Below, piece by piece: positions 28,361 to 38,457 of a stretch of DNA of 64,000 nt. The position numbers were made by a program, and so were the translations under genes. The stretch covers positions 3,419 to 67,418 of the forward strand of contig CAZRAT010000001.1 of the NCBI GenBank assembly GCA_964598185.1, in the 5' to 3' direction. The notes under the pieces were generated by a model. The model was not told the DNA's origin. It worked only from the letters and a program-made list of their open reading frames with translations, and did not search any database. Source of the DNA: Candidatus Woesearchaeota archaeon (GTDB lineage Archaea > Nanobdellota > Nanobdellia > Pacearchaeales > GW2011-AR1). The first letter of the stretch is position 1; every line of letters begins with the position of its first letter.

Positions 28361-30778
28361 CTAAAATTCAACTTTAAATTTCCCTTTCTTAATCTCTCTC
28401 ACATTTGTAACACCTTTCAAATCTTCAAGAACATCTTTTAATTTCTCTTTATTACTAATTGTTAAAACACATTCTGCATTCATTGGCTTTCCTACTTTTG
28501 TTTTTTCCTGACGAACTTTTGAAATAATCTCTAAAATCAAATCCAAAGTTTTATCTGATTTATCTTTGCCCCTAGTAGATATTTTCTTAGAAAATGTCTC
28601 GGGGTACGCCTGTGGTGTCCCAACTTCAGGCCAATCAGAAATATGAATACTCTTCTCTTTTTCAATCTTCCTAAAATATTCTTGATAAATTTCTTCTGTA
28701 ATAAAAGGCATAATCGGGGAAGCCATTTTCAAAATATCTAAGAGCATCTTGTACAAAGCGTACTGTGCAGAAATCTTCTTCTCCCCTTTCTCATTGTAAA
28801 TTCTCTTCTTAACAATCTCAAGATAATTATCACAAAACATTTTCCAGAAAAAATTCTCAAATAATAACTTTGCTCTTGGAATATTATATTCTTCATAAGC
28901 CTTAGTGACTTTCTTAATTACTTGATTAAGTTCCCCTAAAAATAAAGAATCTAATTTTTCCAATTTTTTTGGCCGCTTACAATCCCAATCTTCTAAATTC
29001 ATAAAAACAAACCTTGATGCATTAATTAATTTTGTTGAAAATCGTTTTCCTGCTACAAGTTCTTTATCTGAAAACGCTACAGCCTCAGCAGGTCCAATTG
29101 ACGCGCAAAGATACCTCAAAACATCTGCACCATATTTCTCAAAAATTTCTTGAAGCGAAATTCCGTTTCCTAAAGACTTACTCATTTTTCTTCCGTCTCT
29201 GCCAAGCATCCAACCATTTATGTACAATTCTTCCCAAGGGTTTCTTTTATAATGAAGCTGAGATTTAACAATTGTATTAAAATCCCAAAACGTAATTATA
29301 TCCTGCCCATTACGTCGAATTGAAAAAGGTTTATCTTTAATTTTTTTATGAGCAGGAGTGCCCTTTAAAATATCTTTAATAATTGTCGGTGTCAAGGAAG
29401 AAGTGGCCCAAGTATTCATAATATCTTTTTCAGGGATAAATTCTTTGCTCTTGCATTTTGGACACTCTTTTATAGGAGGTTTTGTTTCCATTGGAACAAC
29501 AGGCAAATCCTCTTCATTAGCTAAAATAACTTCACCGCATTTAGCACAATACCACACAGGAAAAGAAATCCCAAAAGGAATCTGACGCGAAATACACCAA
29601 TCCCACTTCAATCCTTTAACCCAATTATCATAACGAACTTTCATATTAGGAGGGGACCATTTAATCTCATTGCCCCACTTTAACAAATCATTTTTCAAAT
29701 CAAGATATTTAACAAACCATTGTTTATGACTAAAAAATTCAGCAGGATTTTTACACCGCTCACACACATTAACTATATGCACAATTTTCTTCTTGCTCTT
29801 AAGAAAACCGCCTTTCTTTAAATCATTCAAAATCTCTTCACGCGCTTCTTCAATTTTCATTCCTTCATATTTCCCTGCCAAAGAAGTCATTCTTCCATCC
29901 TTACCAATTGCTTCTTTAATTGGAAGGTTATATTGTCTCTGCCACTCCATGTCCTTCTGGTCCCCAAAAGTCGCAGAATATGCAATCCCTGTTCCTTTAT
30001 CCATTTCAACACCCTCATCTTCCATAATCGGAACTTCAATATTAAACAAAGGAATCTTCGCCATCTTCCCTTTAAGATGTTTGTACCTCTTATCTTTTGG
30101 ATGATAAAAAACCGCAACACTTGCAGGAAATAATTCAGGACGTGTTGTCGAAATAACCAAATCCTTGTCATCAACTTTCAAAATTATATCTGAAAATGTA
30201 CCAAACACTTCTTTATCTTCTAACTCAACCTGTCCCATTGTAGTCTGACAACAAGGACACCATAAAGCAGGAGCATCTACTCTGTACTCCCTACCCATTT
30301 TATATAAATCAATAAAAGACTTCTGGGAAATACGTCTCGCTCTTTTATCAATAGTCGAATAAAAAATATCAAAATCCGCAGACACCCCCAATGTTTTCAT
30401 GTCTTTAAAAAACATAGGAATAAATTCTTCGTGAATCATCTTATCTGCTAACTCAATAAATTCTCCCCTTTTTATTTTTTTAGAATCAACTTTTTTCTCT
30501 TTCTCAACAAGCTTCAATGTAGGCAACCCATTATTATCTGTTCCAAACGGGTTCAAAATCTCAAATCCACGCATCCTCTTAAACCTGGCAAAAAAATCCT
30601 GATGACTATCACCTAACGCGTGACCAATATGAAGCCTACCACTAACTGTTGGCGGAGGAGTATCAAATGAAAAAATTTCCTTCTTTGTATTAACATCAAA
30701 CTTGTACATCTTCTCTTTATCCCAAAAATCTGCCCATTTCTTTTCTATTGCCTTAAAATCAAAATTATTTTTAGCCAT
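28361..30778 (-). CDS. valS: valine--tRNA ligase with an in-frame hairpin insertion near the C-terminus
   Basis: DTPPPTVSG.LHIGH, DWCISRQ, KMSKS. Confidence 0.93.
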   Translation of the reverse strand: MAKNNFDFKAIEKKWADFWDKEKMYKFDVNTKKEIFSFDTPPPTVSGRLHIGHALGDSHQDFFARFKRMRGFEILNPFGTDNNGLPTLKLVEKEKKVDSKKIKRGEFIELADKMIHEEFIPMFFKDMKTLGVSADFDIFYSTIDKRARRISQKSFIDLYKMGREYRVDAPALWCPCCQTTMGQVELEDKEVFGTFSDIILKVDDKDLVISTTRPELFPASVAVFYHPKDKRYKHLKGKMAKIPLFNIEVPIMEDEGVEMDKGTGIAYSATFGDQKDMEWQRQYNLPIKEAIGKDGRMTSLAGKYEGMKIEEAREEILNDLKKGGFLKSKKKIVHIVNVCERCKNPAEFFSHKQWFVKYLDLKNDLLKWGNEIKWSPPNMKVRYDNWVKGLKWDWCISRQIPFGISFPVWYCAKCGEVILANEEDLPVVPMETKPPIKECPKCKSKEFIPEKDIMNTWATSSLTPTIIKDILKGTPAHKKIKDKPFSIRRNGQDIITFWDFNTIVKSQLHYKRNPWEELYINGWMLGRDGRKMSKSLGNGISLQEIFEKYGADVLRYLCASIGPAEAVAFSDKELVAGKRFSTKLINASRFVFMNLEDWDCKRPKKLEKLDSLFLGELNQVIKKVTKAYEEYNIPRAKLLFENFFWKMFCDNYLEIVKKRIYNEKGEKKISAQYALYKMLLDILKMASPIMPFITEEIYQEYFRKIEKEKSIHISDWPEVGTPQAYPETFSKKISTRGKDKSDKTLDLILEIISKVRQEKTKVGKPMNAECVLTISNKEKLKDVLEDLKGVTNVREIKKGKFKVEF
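28568..28618 (+). repeat. hairpin micro-element family A, copy 2 (51 nt, in-frame in valS)
   Basis: gcccctagtagatattttcttagaaaatgtctcggggtacgcctgtggtgt. Confidence 0.88.
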
Positions 30779-30829
30779 AATTTATTACAATCAAGAAACT
30801 TTTAAAAACTATCTATATCTAAAATAATT

Positions 30830-30991
30830 ATGGCACAACAAAACCAAGTCCAGATGCCCGGAGGATTCGGCGGGTTAATGCGATTCAGTGAAGAATACTC
30901 AAGCAAATTCAATTTAAAACCAACTCACATAATTGTATTCATAATTCTGATAATTATTTTCAGATTTTCTTTACCAATTTTCTTTAATTAA
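30830..30991 (+). CDS. secG: preprotein translocase subunit Sec61-beta/SecG (53 aa, below the ORF-track cutoff)
   Basis: MAQQNQVQMPGGFGGLMRFSEEYSSKFNLKP followed by one TM helix. Confidence 0.88.
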   Translation: MAQQNQVQMPGGFGGLMRFSEEYSSKFNLKPTHIIVFIILIIIFRFSLPIFFN

Positions 30992-30992
30992 A

Positions 30993-31193
30993 ATGACAAA
31001 GGTTTATAACTCTATAATTGAAATAGAAAAAGATTTTCTTCCTAAAGATTATCAAAAAAGATTAGCGAAATTAGGGGAGGTTGAAGGATTAATTAAGTAT
31101 TCAAAAAAAGAAAGTCTTAAAATAAGCAATGAAATTAAAACAATCTTGTTCGAAAAAGGTAGTTTAGCAAGGTTAATTTTTTTACAAAATTAA
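30993..31193 (+). CDS. hypothetical protein
   Basis: 66-aa ORF tightly packed between secG and nac. Confidence 0.5.
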   Translation: MTKVYNSIIEIEKDFLPKDYQKRLAKLGEVEGLIKYSKKESLKISNEIKTILFEKGSLARLIFLQN

Positions 31194-31194
31194 A

Positions 31195-31524
31195 ATGATT
31201 CCAGGAATGAACCCAAAAAAAATGCAAGCAGTTATGAAACAGATGGGAATCTCCCAAGAAGAAATTGATACATCAAGGGTGATAATTGAAAAAACAGACA
31301 ACACCAAAATAATAATTGAACCTGTTTCAGTAACAAAAGTAAAAATGCAAGGACAAGAAACTTTTCAAATTGCAGGAGAAACCAGAGAAGAAACTTCTTC
31401 TCCTAAAACTTCAGAAGAAGACATAAAAACAATTATTGAAAAAACAGGGGCTTCAGAATCAGAAGCAAAACAAGCTTTAGAAAAAACAGGTGATTTGGCA
31501 GAAGCTATTTTAGAATTGAGTTAA
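31195..31524 (+). CDS. nac: nascent polypeptide-associated complex protein
   Basis: MKQMGI, V..V.MQGQ.TFQI.G, C-terminal UBA GDLAEAI. Confidence 0.93.
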   Translation: MIPGMNPKKMQAVMKQMGISQEEIDTSRVIIEKTDNTKIIIEPVSVTKVKMQGQETFQIAGETREETSSPKTSEEDIKTIIEKTGASESEAKQALEKTGDLAEAILELS

Positions 31525-31570
31525 AAATTTTTATATAAATTATTATATATTCTGATTTCTTTATAATTTA

Positions 31571-32029
31571 ATGGATAAGTTCCTCAAAAATCTCCAAGAA
31601 GCAAGCAAAATAATCTCCACTGCAGACCATATGCTTTATGTGACATTTCCCTTAATCAAGGACAAAAAACTCTTGTTAAAAATTCTAATAGACACAAAAA
31701 TAGCAATCTCAAAATGCATTAGTTCAATACTCCAATATGAATATCTTTACAAAAGAATAAATCTTTACAACAACCCAAAAACAAATTTCAAAACATTTGA
31801 AGAAAAATGTGCTAAAAAATATGATGTCACAAAACAAGATATAAAATTAATTTTAGAATTATTTGATATTGTAGAAGAACATAAAAAAAGTTCAATGGAA
31901 TTTATGAAAAACACAAAAATTATTATTCTCTCTCAAAATTTACAACAAAAAACAATAACAATTGAAAAAATAAAAGAATTTTTAACATTAGCTAAAAATA
32001 TTCTGAAAAAAATTAAAGAAACAATTTAA
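31571..32029 (+). CDS. conserved hypothetical helical protein (ADHxLYV motif), paralog 1
   Basis: ADHMLYVT; similar to the next ORF. Confidence 0.7.
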   Translation: MDKFLKNLQEASKIISTADHMLYVTFPLIKDKKLLLKILIDTKIAISKCISSILQYEYLYKRINLYNNPKTNFKTFEEKCAKKYDVTKQDIKLILELFDIVEEHKKSSMEFMKNTKIIILSQNLQQKTITIEKIKEFLTLAKNILKKIKETI

Positions 32030-32086
32030 AGATAAATATAAAAAGCCCTTATCCTTAATGAAATATAGTTCTATTTATTAGATAAT

Positions 32087-32527
32087 ATGGAAGAAATAAT
32101 TCAAGAAAAAATAAGTGCAGATCATCTTCTTTATGTTAGCTTGAAGTATACAAAAACCTGTGATGTAATATTAAATCTCATTTTAAGGTGGAAAAGGATG
32201 ATTGAAACTAGCATTAACGGAATATTAAAACACGCCAAGAAAAAAAAGAAAATCTCCTCAATTTCTTTAAATCCAATCGGAAAAATAGAAGATGTAAAAA
32301 AACTATTCAAGAAAGATAAAGATTTCTTACAAGTTATAGAAATGTATGAAATGTTTAGAAAAATTGAAGAATTAAAAAAAGAAAGAACAGGAGAATTTAG
32401 AAAAAACGTTAATCTAAAAATATTTTACAAAGGGAAAGAAATAAATGTAAATTTAGAACAACTAAAAATCTATGCAGAAAAGTTGGAAAAGTTTATAAGT
32501 ACAACAAGGCAATTTCTTCTATCATAA
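32087..32527 (+). CDS. conserved hypothetical helical protein (ADHxLYV motif), paralog 2
   Basis: ADHLLYVSLKYTKT.DVI. Confidence 0.7.
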   Translation: MEEIIQEKISADHLLYVSLKYTKTCDVILNLILRWKRMIETSINGILKHAKKKKKISSISLNPIGKIEDVKKLFKKDKDFLQVIEMYEMFRKIEELKKERTGEFRKNVNLKIFYKGKEINVNLEQLKIYAEKLEKFISTTRQFLLS

Positions 32528-32542
32528 AATTATATCGCGAAA

Positions 32543-33319
32543 ATGTCAAAAATAATCGTTATTACATCTGGTAAAGGTGGTGTTGGAAAAACCACTTCTG
32601 CAATAAATCTAGGCGCAGCCATAAATTATTTTGGTGGACAATCATTAATTATAGACGGAAATCTCTCTACACCAAACATTGGAATCCATTTAAATTCGCC
32701 AGAAGTTCCAATAAATTTAAATCATGTTTTATTAAATAAAGCAGACCCTTTCGAAGCTGTTTACGAACATGAATCAGGAATGAAAATCATGCCTTCTTCT
32801 TTATCAATAAAAGAACTGAAAAAAATAGATTTGAAAAAAATAAAAAATTTTAAAAAAGAATTCAAAGAAATTTCAGACTATGTTATTATTGATTGTGCCG
32901 CAGGACTTGGTGAAGAAGCAATATCTGCAATTGAAATTGCCGATGAATTAATAATAATCACAAATCCAGAAATGCCCGCAATTACTGATGCATTAAAAAC
33001 AATCAAACTTGCAGAACAAATGAAAAAAACAGTTAGAGGAATAATTATAACAAGGGTTAAAAAAAACAAAATAGAAATGCAACCAGAAACAGTAAAAGAA
33101 ATGTTGGAGACACCTATTCTTGGAATGATCCCAGAGGATATAGATATTCCAAAATCATTAAATCTAAGAGACGCTGTTATTCATACCGCTCCAAAAAGCA
33201 ATTCAGCAAGAGCTTACAAAGAAATTGCAGCAAAAATTTTAGATGTAGAATATGATTCAAATAAAGACAGAGAAAATATAGTGCAAAGAGTTCTTCAAAA
33301 ATTAGGTTTGCGTAATTAA
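32543..33319 (+). CDS. minD: MinD/ParA family ATPase
   Basis: deviant Walker A SGKGGVGKTT, IIDCAAG, C-terminal amphipathic helix. Confidence 0.9.
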   Translation: MSKIIVITSGKGGVGKTTSAINLGAAINYFGGQSLIIDGNLSTPNIGIHLNSPEVPINLNHVLLNKADPFEAVYEHESGMKIMPSSLSIKELKKIDLKKIKNFKKEFKEISDYVIIDCAAGLGEEAISAIEIADELIIITNPEMPAITDALKTIKLAEQMKKTVRGIIITRVKKNKIEMQPETVKEMLETPILGMIPEDIDIPKSLNLRDAVIHTAPKSNSARAYKEIAAKILDVEYDSNKDRENIVQRVLQKLGLRN

Positions 33320-33327
33320 AATAAATA

Positions 33328-33492
33328 TTAATCTTCAAACAATATTTTTACCATAGAAGAATCGTTTGAAGAAAAAACCTTACTTGTTTCAATATCTTCA
33401 AATGCTTTTTTTCTAGCAAAATCTATAAGTTCATCATTAGAAGGATAAAGCACAACATTTCCTTTCTGATATTTTCCACATTCATTACACAT
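33328..33492 (-). CDS. small hypothetical protein (54 aa, N-terminal CxxC)
   Basis: MCNECGKYQKGNVVLYPS... fills the gap after minD. Confidence 0.35.
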   Translation of the reverse strand: MCNECGKYQKGNVVLYPSNDELIDFARKKAFEDIETSKVFSSNDSSMVKILFED

Positions 33493-33526
33493 AAAAATCC
33501 CAATCAACTTTAATTTATAAATTTAT

Positions 33527-33871
33527 CTAACTAACACGACTTCCATCATCAATTTCTTTTTCAGGAGAAACTAAAATAACTTCTTTCTCATCCTCACTAA
33601 CAGAAGCCAAAAGCATTCCTTGACTTTCAATACCTCGCATTTTTCTAGGAGCAAGATTCACAAATAAAATTATCTTTTTACCAACTAATTCTTCTTTTGA
33701 ATAATGTTGTTTAATCCCCGCACAAATAACTCTTTCTCCAATTTCAGAACCAACATCTAAAGTTAATTTGTAAAGTTTATCAGCACCTTCAATATCTTCA
33801 ACTTCTTTAATCTGTGCAACTCGCAAATCAATTTTTTCCCAGTCTTTAAATTCAACTATTCCTTCTGTCAT
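33527..33871 (-). CDS. MetRS C-terminal tRNA-binding OB domain (Trbp111/CsaA-like), stand-alone
   Basis: DLRV..I, ADKL, NL.PRKMRG.ESQGMLL. Confidence 0.9.
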   Translation of the reverse strand: MTEGIVEFKDWEKIDLRVAQIKEVEDIEGADKLYKLTLDVGSEIGERVICAGIKQHYSKEELVGKKIILFVNLAPRKMRGIESQGMLLASVSEDEKEVILVSPEKEIDDGSRVS

Positions 33872-35238
33872 TTTATCTTTTCAAAAAGGATTTTGCCCTT
33901 TTTAATCTCTTCTGCACTAAACTGCTTTTTAATCTTTTCTGCACTTTCAGGAATAAAAGGCAAAAGCAAATCAGCAATTTTTAAAATAGATTCCTTTAAC
34001 TCATAAAGAACTTTCTTATCCTTTGTCTCCCATGGTTTTTTATTTTGAACATATTCATTACAAAAATCAATAAAACCAAAAACCTCATTCAACGCTTTAT
34101 CAAATTCATAATTCTCCAAAAGTTTCTCAATTTTTTTCTCATTCAACTTTTTAATCAATCTGTTTTGTGTTTTTTCCAAACCATTCCTTTCAATCAACCC
34201 ACTAACTCTTGAAACCAAATTCCCTAACTTATTTGCAAGTTCATTGTTGTTTCTTTCTATTAAAATTTCTTCAGAATAATCAGAATCTTCAAACACAGAA
34301 CATCTTAACAAAGAATATCTCACAGGGTCCACGCCGTATTTTTTCACAAGTGCAAGAGGGTCAATCACATTCCCTAGTGATTTTGACATTTTCTTCCCTC
34401 TAACATTCAAATAACCATGAACCAAAAGTTTCTTTGGAAGTTCAATTCCTGCAGACATTAATAACGCAGGCCAGATAACAGAATGAAACCAATTAATCCC
34501 TTTCCCAACAATATGAACATCTGCAGGCCATTTATCTTCTGCTCCAGAAACATAATTAATCAAAGCATCAATCCAAACCCAAACCTTAAAATTTTTATCA
34601 CCAGGAAAATCAACCCCCCATTCTGCTCCTTTTCTACTCACACATACATCTCTCAAATCTTCTTTCAGCCTAGAAAGAATCTCCTTTTTCCTTGATTCAG
34701 GAACAACATAATTCTCTACAAATTTAATTAACTGATTTTTATATTTACTTAATTTAAAAAAATAAGCCTCTTCCTTAGTATGCTCTGGCTTTTTATTATG
34801 CTCAGGACACTTCCCATCAACCAAATCTTTTTCAGTAAGATACGCCTCGCAACCAGAACAATAATCTCCTTCATATACTCCTTTGTAAATATCACCTTTA
34901 TCAATAATCTTCTTCAAAATTTCCTTAACAACTTTAGAATGTTCTTTAGCAGTAGTTCGGATAAATTTATCATGACTAATATTTAATTCCTTACACAATT
35001 CCTTAAACAAAGCAGTATTCTTATCAATAAATTCTTTCACAGGAATTCCTACTTCTCCAGCAGCTTGAACATTTTTTTGAGCATTCTCATCAACTCCTGT
35101 AAGAAAAAAAACCTCGTTCTTTTTCTCTCTCTTCCATCTTGCAAGAGCATCTGCTAAAACTTTTTCAAATGCATGTCCAATGTGGGGTTTTGCATTTACA
35201 TAATCAATTGCTGTAGTAACATAAAATTTCTTCTTCAT
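33868..35238 (-). CDS. metG: methionine--tRNA ligase (catalytic body)
   Basis: YVN..PHIGH, Zn knuckle, WIDALINY, KMSKS; start placed at MKKKFY. Confidence 0.93.
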   Translation of the reverse strand: MKKKFYVTTAIDYVNAKPHIGHAFEKVLADALARWKREKKNEVFFLTGVDENAQKNVQAAGEVGIPVKEFIDKNTALFKELCKELNISHDKFIRTTAKEHSKVVKEILKKIIDKGDIYKGVYEGDYCSGCEAYLTEKDLVDGKCPEHNKKPEHTKEEAYFFKLSKYKNQLIKFVENYVVPESRKKEILSRLKEDLRDVCVSRKGAEWGVDFPGDKNFKVWVWIDALINYVSGAEDKWPADVHIVGKGINWFHSVIWPALLMSAGIELPKKLLVHGYLNVRGKKMSKSLGNVIDPLALVKKYGVDPVRYSLLRCSVFEDSDYSEEILIERNNNELANKLGNLVSRVSGLIERNGLEKTQNRLIKKLNEKKIEKLLENYEFDKALNEVFGFIDFCNEYVQNKKPWETKDKKVLYELKESILKIADLLLPFIPESAEKIKKQFSAEEIKKGKILFEKIK

Positions 35239-35330
35239 AATAAATTTAGAAAACAAGAATATAAAAAACTAACCTATTTCTTTTTTTGCTTTATCTCTGT
35301 TTCAATAAGCCCAGACAACTCATCAACTTC

Positions 35331-35777
35331 CTACATTTGGGGTTTTAAATGTTCATAGTACATTCTTTCTGCACGCTCTTCTGAAACATTTGCAACATCT
35401 GTTATTACACTCATATAATAATCATCTGACAAATCCATTCCTTCTCTTAACCCATAAGCAAGTATTGTTTTTACTAAAGGGGGCAGTTCTTCCCTCATCT
35501 TTTTTTGCAGTGGTTGACTCCATTTAGGTCTAGATTCAACAAACCAATCAACAGCCTCGCTCATACTTATTTTCCTTTTTCTCCCAGTTTTACTAGTCTT
35601 AATAGCAGTAACAGGACTATCTCCATCTACTATTTGACTATCAATAATCCTGGAATATATTTCTGGGATTAACTCCTGCTCTTTACTTGTGAGGTATCCC
35701 CCAATCCTCTGAAGTGTTCTGCCTTGCCTGGCACAAGCAACTGCAAGTTCTACTAATTTAATAAGTTCCTCCCCCAT
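35331..35777 (-). CDS. hypothetical protein
   Basis: 148-aa ORF; no motif. Confidence 0.55.
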   Translation of the reverse strand: MGEELIKLVELAVACARQGRTLQRIGGYLTSKEQELIPEIYSRIIDSQIVDGDSPVTAIKTSKTGRKRKISMSEAVDWFVESRPKWSQPLQKKMREELPPLVKTILAYGLREGMDLSDDYYMSVITDVANVSEERAERMYYEHLKPQM

Positions 35778-35870
35778 ATTTTATTTAGGAAACTAGATTA
35801 TATAAAAACTCGTATGGTATAACATAACCTTCACAACATTTATTAATAATAATTGCTAATAAATTAAAAG

Positions 35871-37340
35871 ATGGTGAAAAAAAAGAACATGCGATTTCCA
35901 TCGGAAGCCCTTAAAGAAATCGCTAATCGGAACAGGAAGGGAAAATCGAAAAAAACCGCGAGGTTGTTTTCATCTCCTAAAATAGAAAAATTAAAGAAAA
36001 AAGCAAGAAAGTACAGCATAAAAGAAGGAATTTTTACTTCAGCTAAAAACTCCTTTGGAGATTATTATGTTTCTCCATTTGCAATTGCAATTAATTCAAG
36101 TTCATCGGTTGTTGCTATGATAAGTGCTTTCAGCGGATTGCTCGGTCCAATAAGCCAAATGTTCGGCTCAAGACTACCTGAAAAATACCCTAGGAAAAAA
36201 ATTGTTCTAAGAAGTATTTTTTTCGAATCATTAATTTGGTTGCCGTTTATTGCAATTGCAATTTTGTTCTATAGCGGGATTTTATTAGAATCTCTTCCAA
36301 TTTTGGTTTTATTTTCTTTTTCATTATATACAATTGCAGGAAATCTTGGATATCCAGCATGGTTTTCTTGGATGGGTGATATTGTTGAAAATAAACACAG
36401 AGGAAAATATTTCTCAAAAAGAAATCTTTTAATGGGATTCACTTCTGTTGTTCTAGCAATCTCCGCGGCATTTTTCCTAGATTATTTTGGGAAAAACCAC
36501 CATATAATGTTCGGATTTGCAATTTTATTTTCTTTAGCATTACTCTCAAGATTAACTTGTTGGAAAATTCTCCATAAACAATACGAACCAAAAATAAAAT
36601 TAAAAAAAGGTTACTACTTTTCATTTTGGGATTTTTTAATTAATTCAAATAAAAATAACTTCGGAAAATTCTCATTATTCAGATTCTTTTTCACATTCAC
36701 AACTGCAATCTCAAGCCCTCTTTTAGTAGTTTATCTTCTAAGACATTTAAATTTTTCATACACTGCGTATATGGTAATAATCTTCTCAGGAACAATTTTC
36801 TCATTAATTGTTTTAGAATTGTGGGGAAAATTCGCAGACAGATATGGTAATTATAGGACACTATGTATTTCAACTTTAATAATTCCTTTTATTCCAATAT
36901 TGTGGGTTTTAAATTCAAATATTTTTTATTTAATTTTCATCCCGTCAGCATTAAGCGGAATTGCTTGGGCAGGAATCCACTTGTCTGAAACAAATTTTAT
37001 ATACGATAATGTTAGTTACCAAAAAAGGGGGCTCGCAATTTCCTATTACAATATGTTCTGGGGAATTGGACTTTTCTTAGGAGCATCACTAGGGGCACTT
37101 TTAATAAAAATCCTCGACACTAATTTCATACAACCAATAATTTTAATATTCATTATTGGTGCATTAGCAAGAGCTGCATCAGTTATATGGGGGCTTCCAA
37201 AAATAAAAGAAATTAAAAAAACAAAAAAATTCACATCTTCAAAAGCATTCAAGGAAATTATCATGAAAGAAGGAGCCCCAACAATCCATGAAGAAGTAAA
37301 TGATATTATTCATATAAAAAAATATTTATATCTTAAATAA
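35871..37340 (+). CDS. MFS transporter with a hairpin-element-derived N-terminal segment
   Basis: about 12 TM helices; WG..ADRYG, RG.YF..R. Confidence 0.85.
   Translation: MVKKKNMRFPSEALKEIANRNRKGKSKKTARLFSSPKIEKLKKKARKYSIKEGIFTSAKNSFGDYYVSPFAIAINSSSSVVAMISAFSGLLGPISQMFGSRLPEKYPRKKIVLRSIFFESLIWLPFIAIAILFYSGILLESLPILVLFSFSLYTIAGNLGYPAWFSWMGDIVENKHRGKYFSKRNLLMGFTSVVLAISAAFFLDYFGKNHHIMFGFAILFSLALLSRLTCWKILHKQYEPKIKLKKGYYFSFWDFLINSNKNNFGKFSLFRFFFTFTTAISSPLLVVYLLRHLNFSYTAYMVIIFSGTIFSLIVLELWGKFADRYGNYRTLCISTLIIPFIPILWVLNSNIFYLIFIPSALSGIAWAGIHLSETNFIYDNVSYQKRGLAISYYNMFWGIGLFLGASLGALLIKILDTNFIQPIILIFIIGALARAASVIWGLPKIKEIKKTKKFTSSKAFKEIIMKEGAPTIHEEVNDIIHIKKYLYLK
35891..35965 (+). repeat. hairpin micro-element family B, copy 2
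   Basis: gcgatttc-catcggaagcccttaaa-gaaatcgc...aacc-gcga-ggtt. Confidence 0.85.
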
Positions 37341-37376
37341 GAACTTATTTAAACTAATCAAAATTATCTTTTAGTT

Positions 37377-38027
37377 ATGTTCAAAAAAAGAAAATGCCAA
37401 AATTGCAATAGAAAAATAAATAAAAGTTATGATTTCTGCCCTCATTGTGGAAACTCTTTTAATAAAAACGCAGAAGACTGGGGGATGTTAGGAAAAACAG
37501 ACACCATAAATGAATTTGAACAATTTTCTAATTCTTTGTTCGGAGGAGTTGGGGGAAAGATAATCGGAGGGATGTTGGGAAAAACACTCAAAATGTTAGA
37601 AAACGAAATACACAAAGAACTTCAAAATCAAAACAAGACTCCAAAAACAAATTTTGAATTAATAATAAATGGTAAAAGAATTGACCCAAAAGATATAAAA
37701 TTATCACATCAAAAGCAAGTTGTCAAAGAACAAAGAAAAATTCTTCCAAATATTTCGAACGAATCTCTCAAAAAAATCTCAACCTTGCCAAAAAAAGAAC
37801 CTTTAACAAATATAAGAAGATTCGCAGATAAAGTAATATATGAAATAAATATGCCTGGAGTAAATTCAATAAACAACATTTCAATAATCAGCCTCGAGAG
37901 CAGCATTGAAATAAAAGCCCTCGCAGACAAAACAGCTTACTTCAAAATAATTCCTATAAACCTTCCTATAACCAATTATCAATTTCTAGATGAAAAATTA
38001 ACTCTTGAGCTAGGGATTAAAAATTAA
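37377..38027 (+). CDS. Zn-ribbon plus Hsp20-like domain protein
   Basis: CxxC..FCPHCG; EP.T......YEI.MPGV. Confidence 0.7.
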   Translation: MFKKRKCQNCNRKINKSYDFCPHCGNSFNKNAEDWGMLGKTDTINEFEQFSNSLFGGVGGKIIGGMLGKTLKMLENEIHKELQNQNKTPKTNFELIINGKRIDPKDIKLSHQKQVVKEQRKILPNISNESLKKISTLPKKEPLTNIRRFADKVIYEINMPGVNSINNISIISLESSIEIKALADKTAYFKIIPINLPITNYQFLDEKLTLELGIKN

Positions 38028-38109
38028 TATGAGCCTGCACGGATTTGTGGGTTGTTTTTTCAAAACTCTCCGTCGTCCGAAATTTCAATTTCAAACGAAA
38101 CCACAAGCG
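38025..38109 (-). repeat. duplicate of the tRNA-Ile 3' end plus flank, interrupted in the T-loop by a structured insert
   Basis: taatatgagcctgcacggatttg at 38025-38047 is identical to 38117-38139; insert bounded by ttgtgg/ccacaa. Confidence 0.85.
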
Positions 38110-38121
38110 CTTCAAATAATA

Positions 38122-38240
38122 TGAGCCTGCACGGATTTGAACCGTGGACCCCTACCTTTCTGAATCGTATATCGGTTCTAAAGAAACGAACTCGTTTGTA
38201 CTTATCAGAGTAGTGCTCTGCCAGACTGAGCTACAGGCTC
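38122..38240 (-). tRNA. tRNA-Ile(GAT) with a 45-nt intron at 37/38 (38158-38202)
   Basis: GAGCCTG/CAGGCTC acceptor, CT-GAT-A, TTCAAAT; CTGA/TCAG BHB helix. Confidence 0.93.
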
Positions 38241-38351
38241 ATATAGTATCGAGCAAAATGAGATACTATTTAAAATTTATGTATGTGAAGGATGACAGTC
38301 AGACAAAGATATTAAACAGCGACAAATTTTAAGAATCAATAACAGATTTTC

Positions 38352-38381
38352 ACTGACCTAATTTAGCTACAGGATCACATA
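38352..38381 (-). repeat. degenerate duplicate of the tRNA-Ile 5' end with a short insert in the D-stem
   Basis: actg[acctaattt]agctacaggatcacata vs actgagctacaggctcatata. Confidence 0.65.
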
Positions 38382-38457
38382 TAAATCATATAATTAAGTT
38401 ATTTATCAATTTTGTTAACCCCAAAACCTTTAAAAATTAAAATTCTCTCAACATTTC

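Noticed and set aside
33527..35238. MetRS split into catalytic and C-terminal domain genes
   Set aside because: Clean overlapping stop/start and a known arrangement, so not a frameshift and not novel
38144..38332. 62-aa ORF
   Set aside because: Antisense to tRNA-Ile
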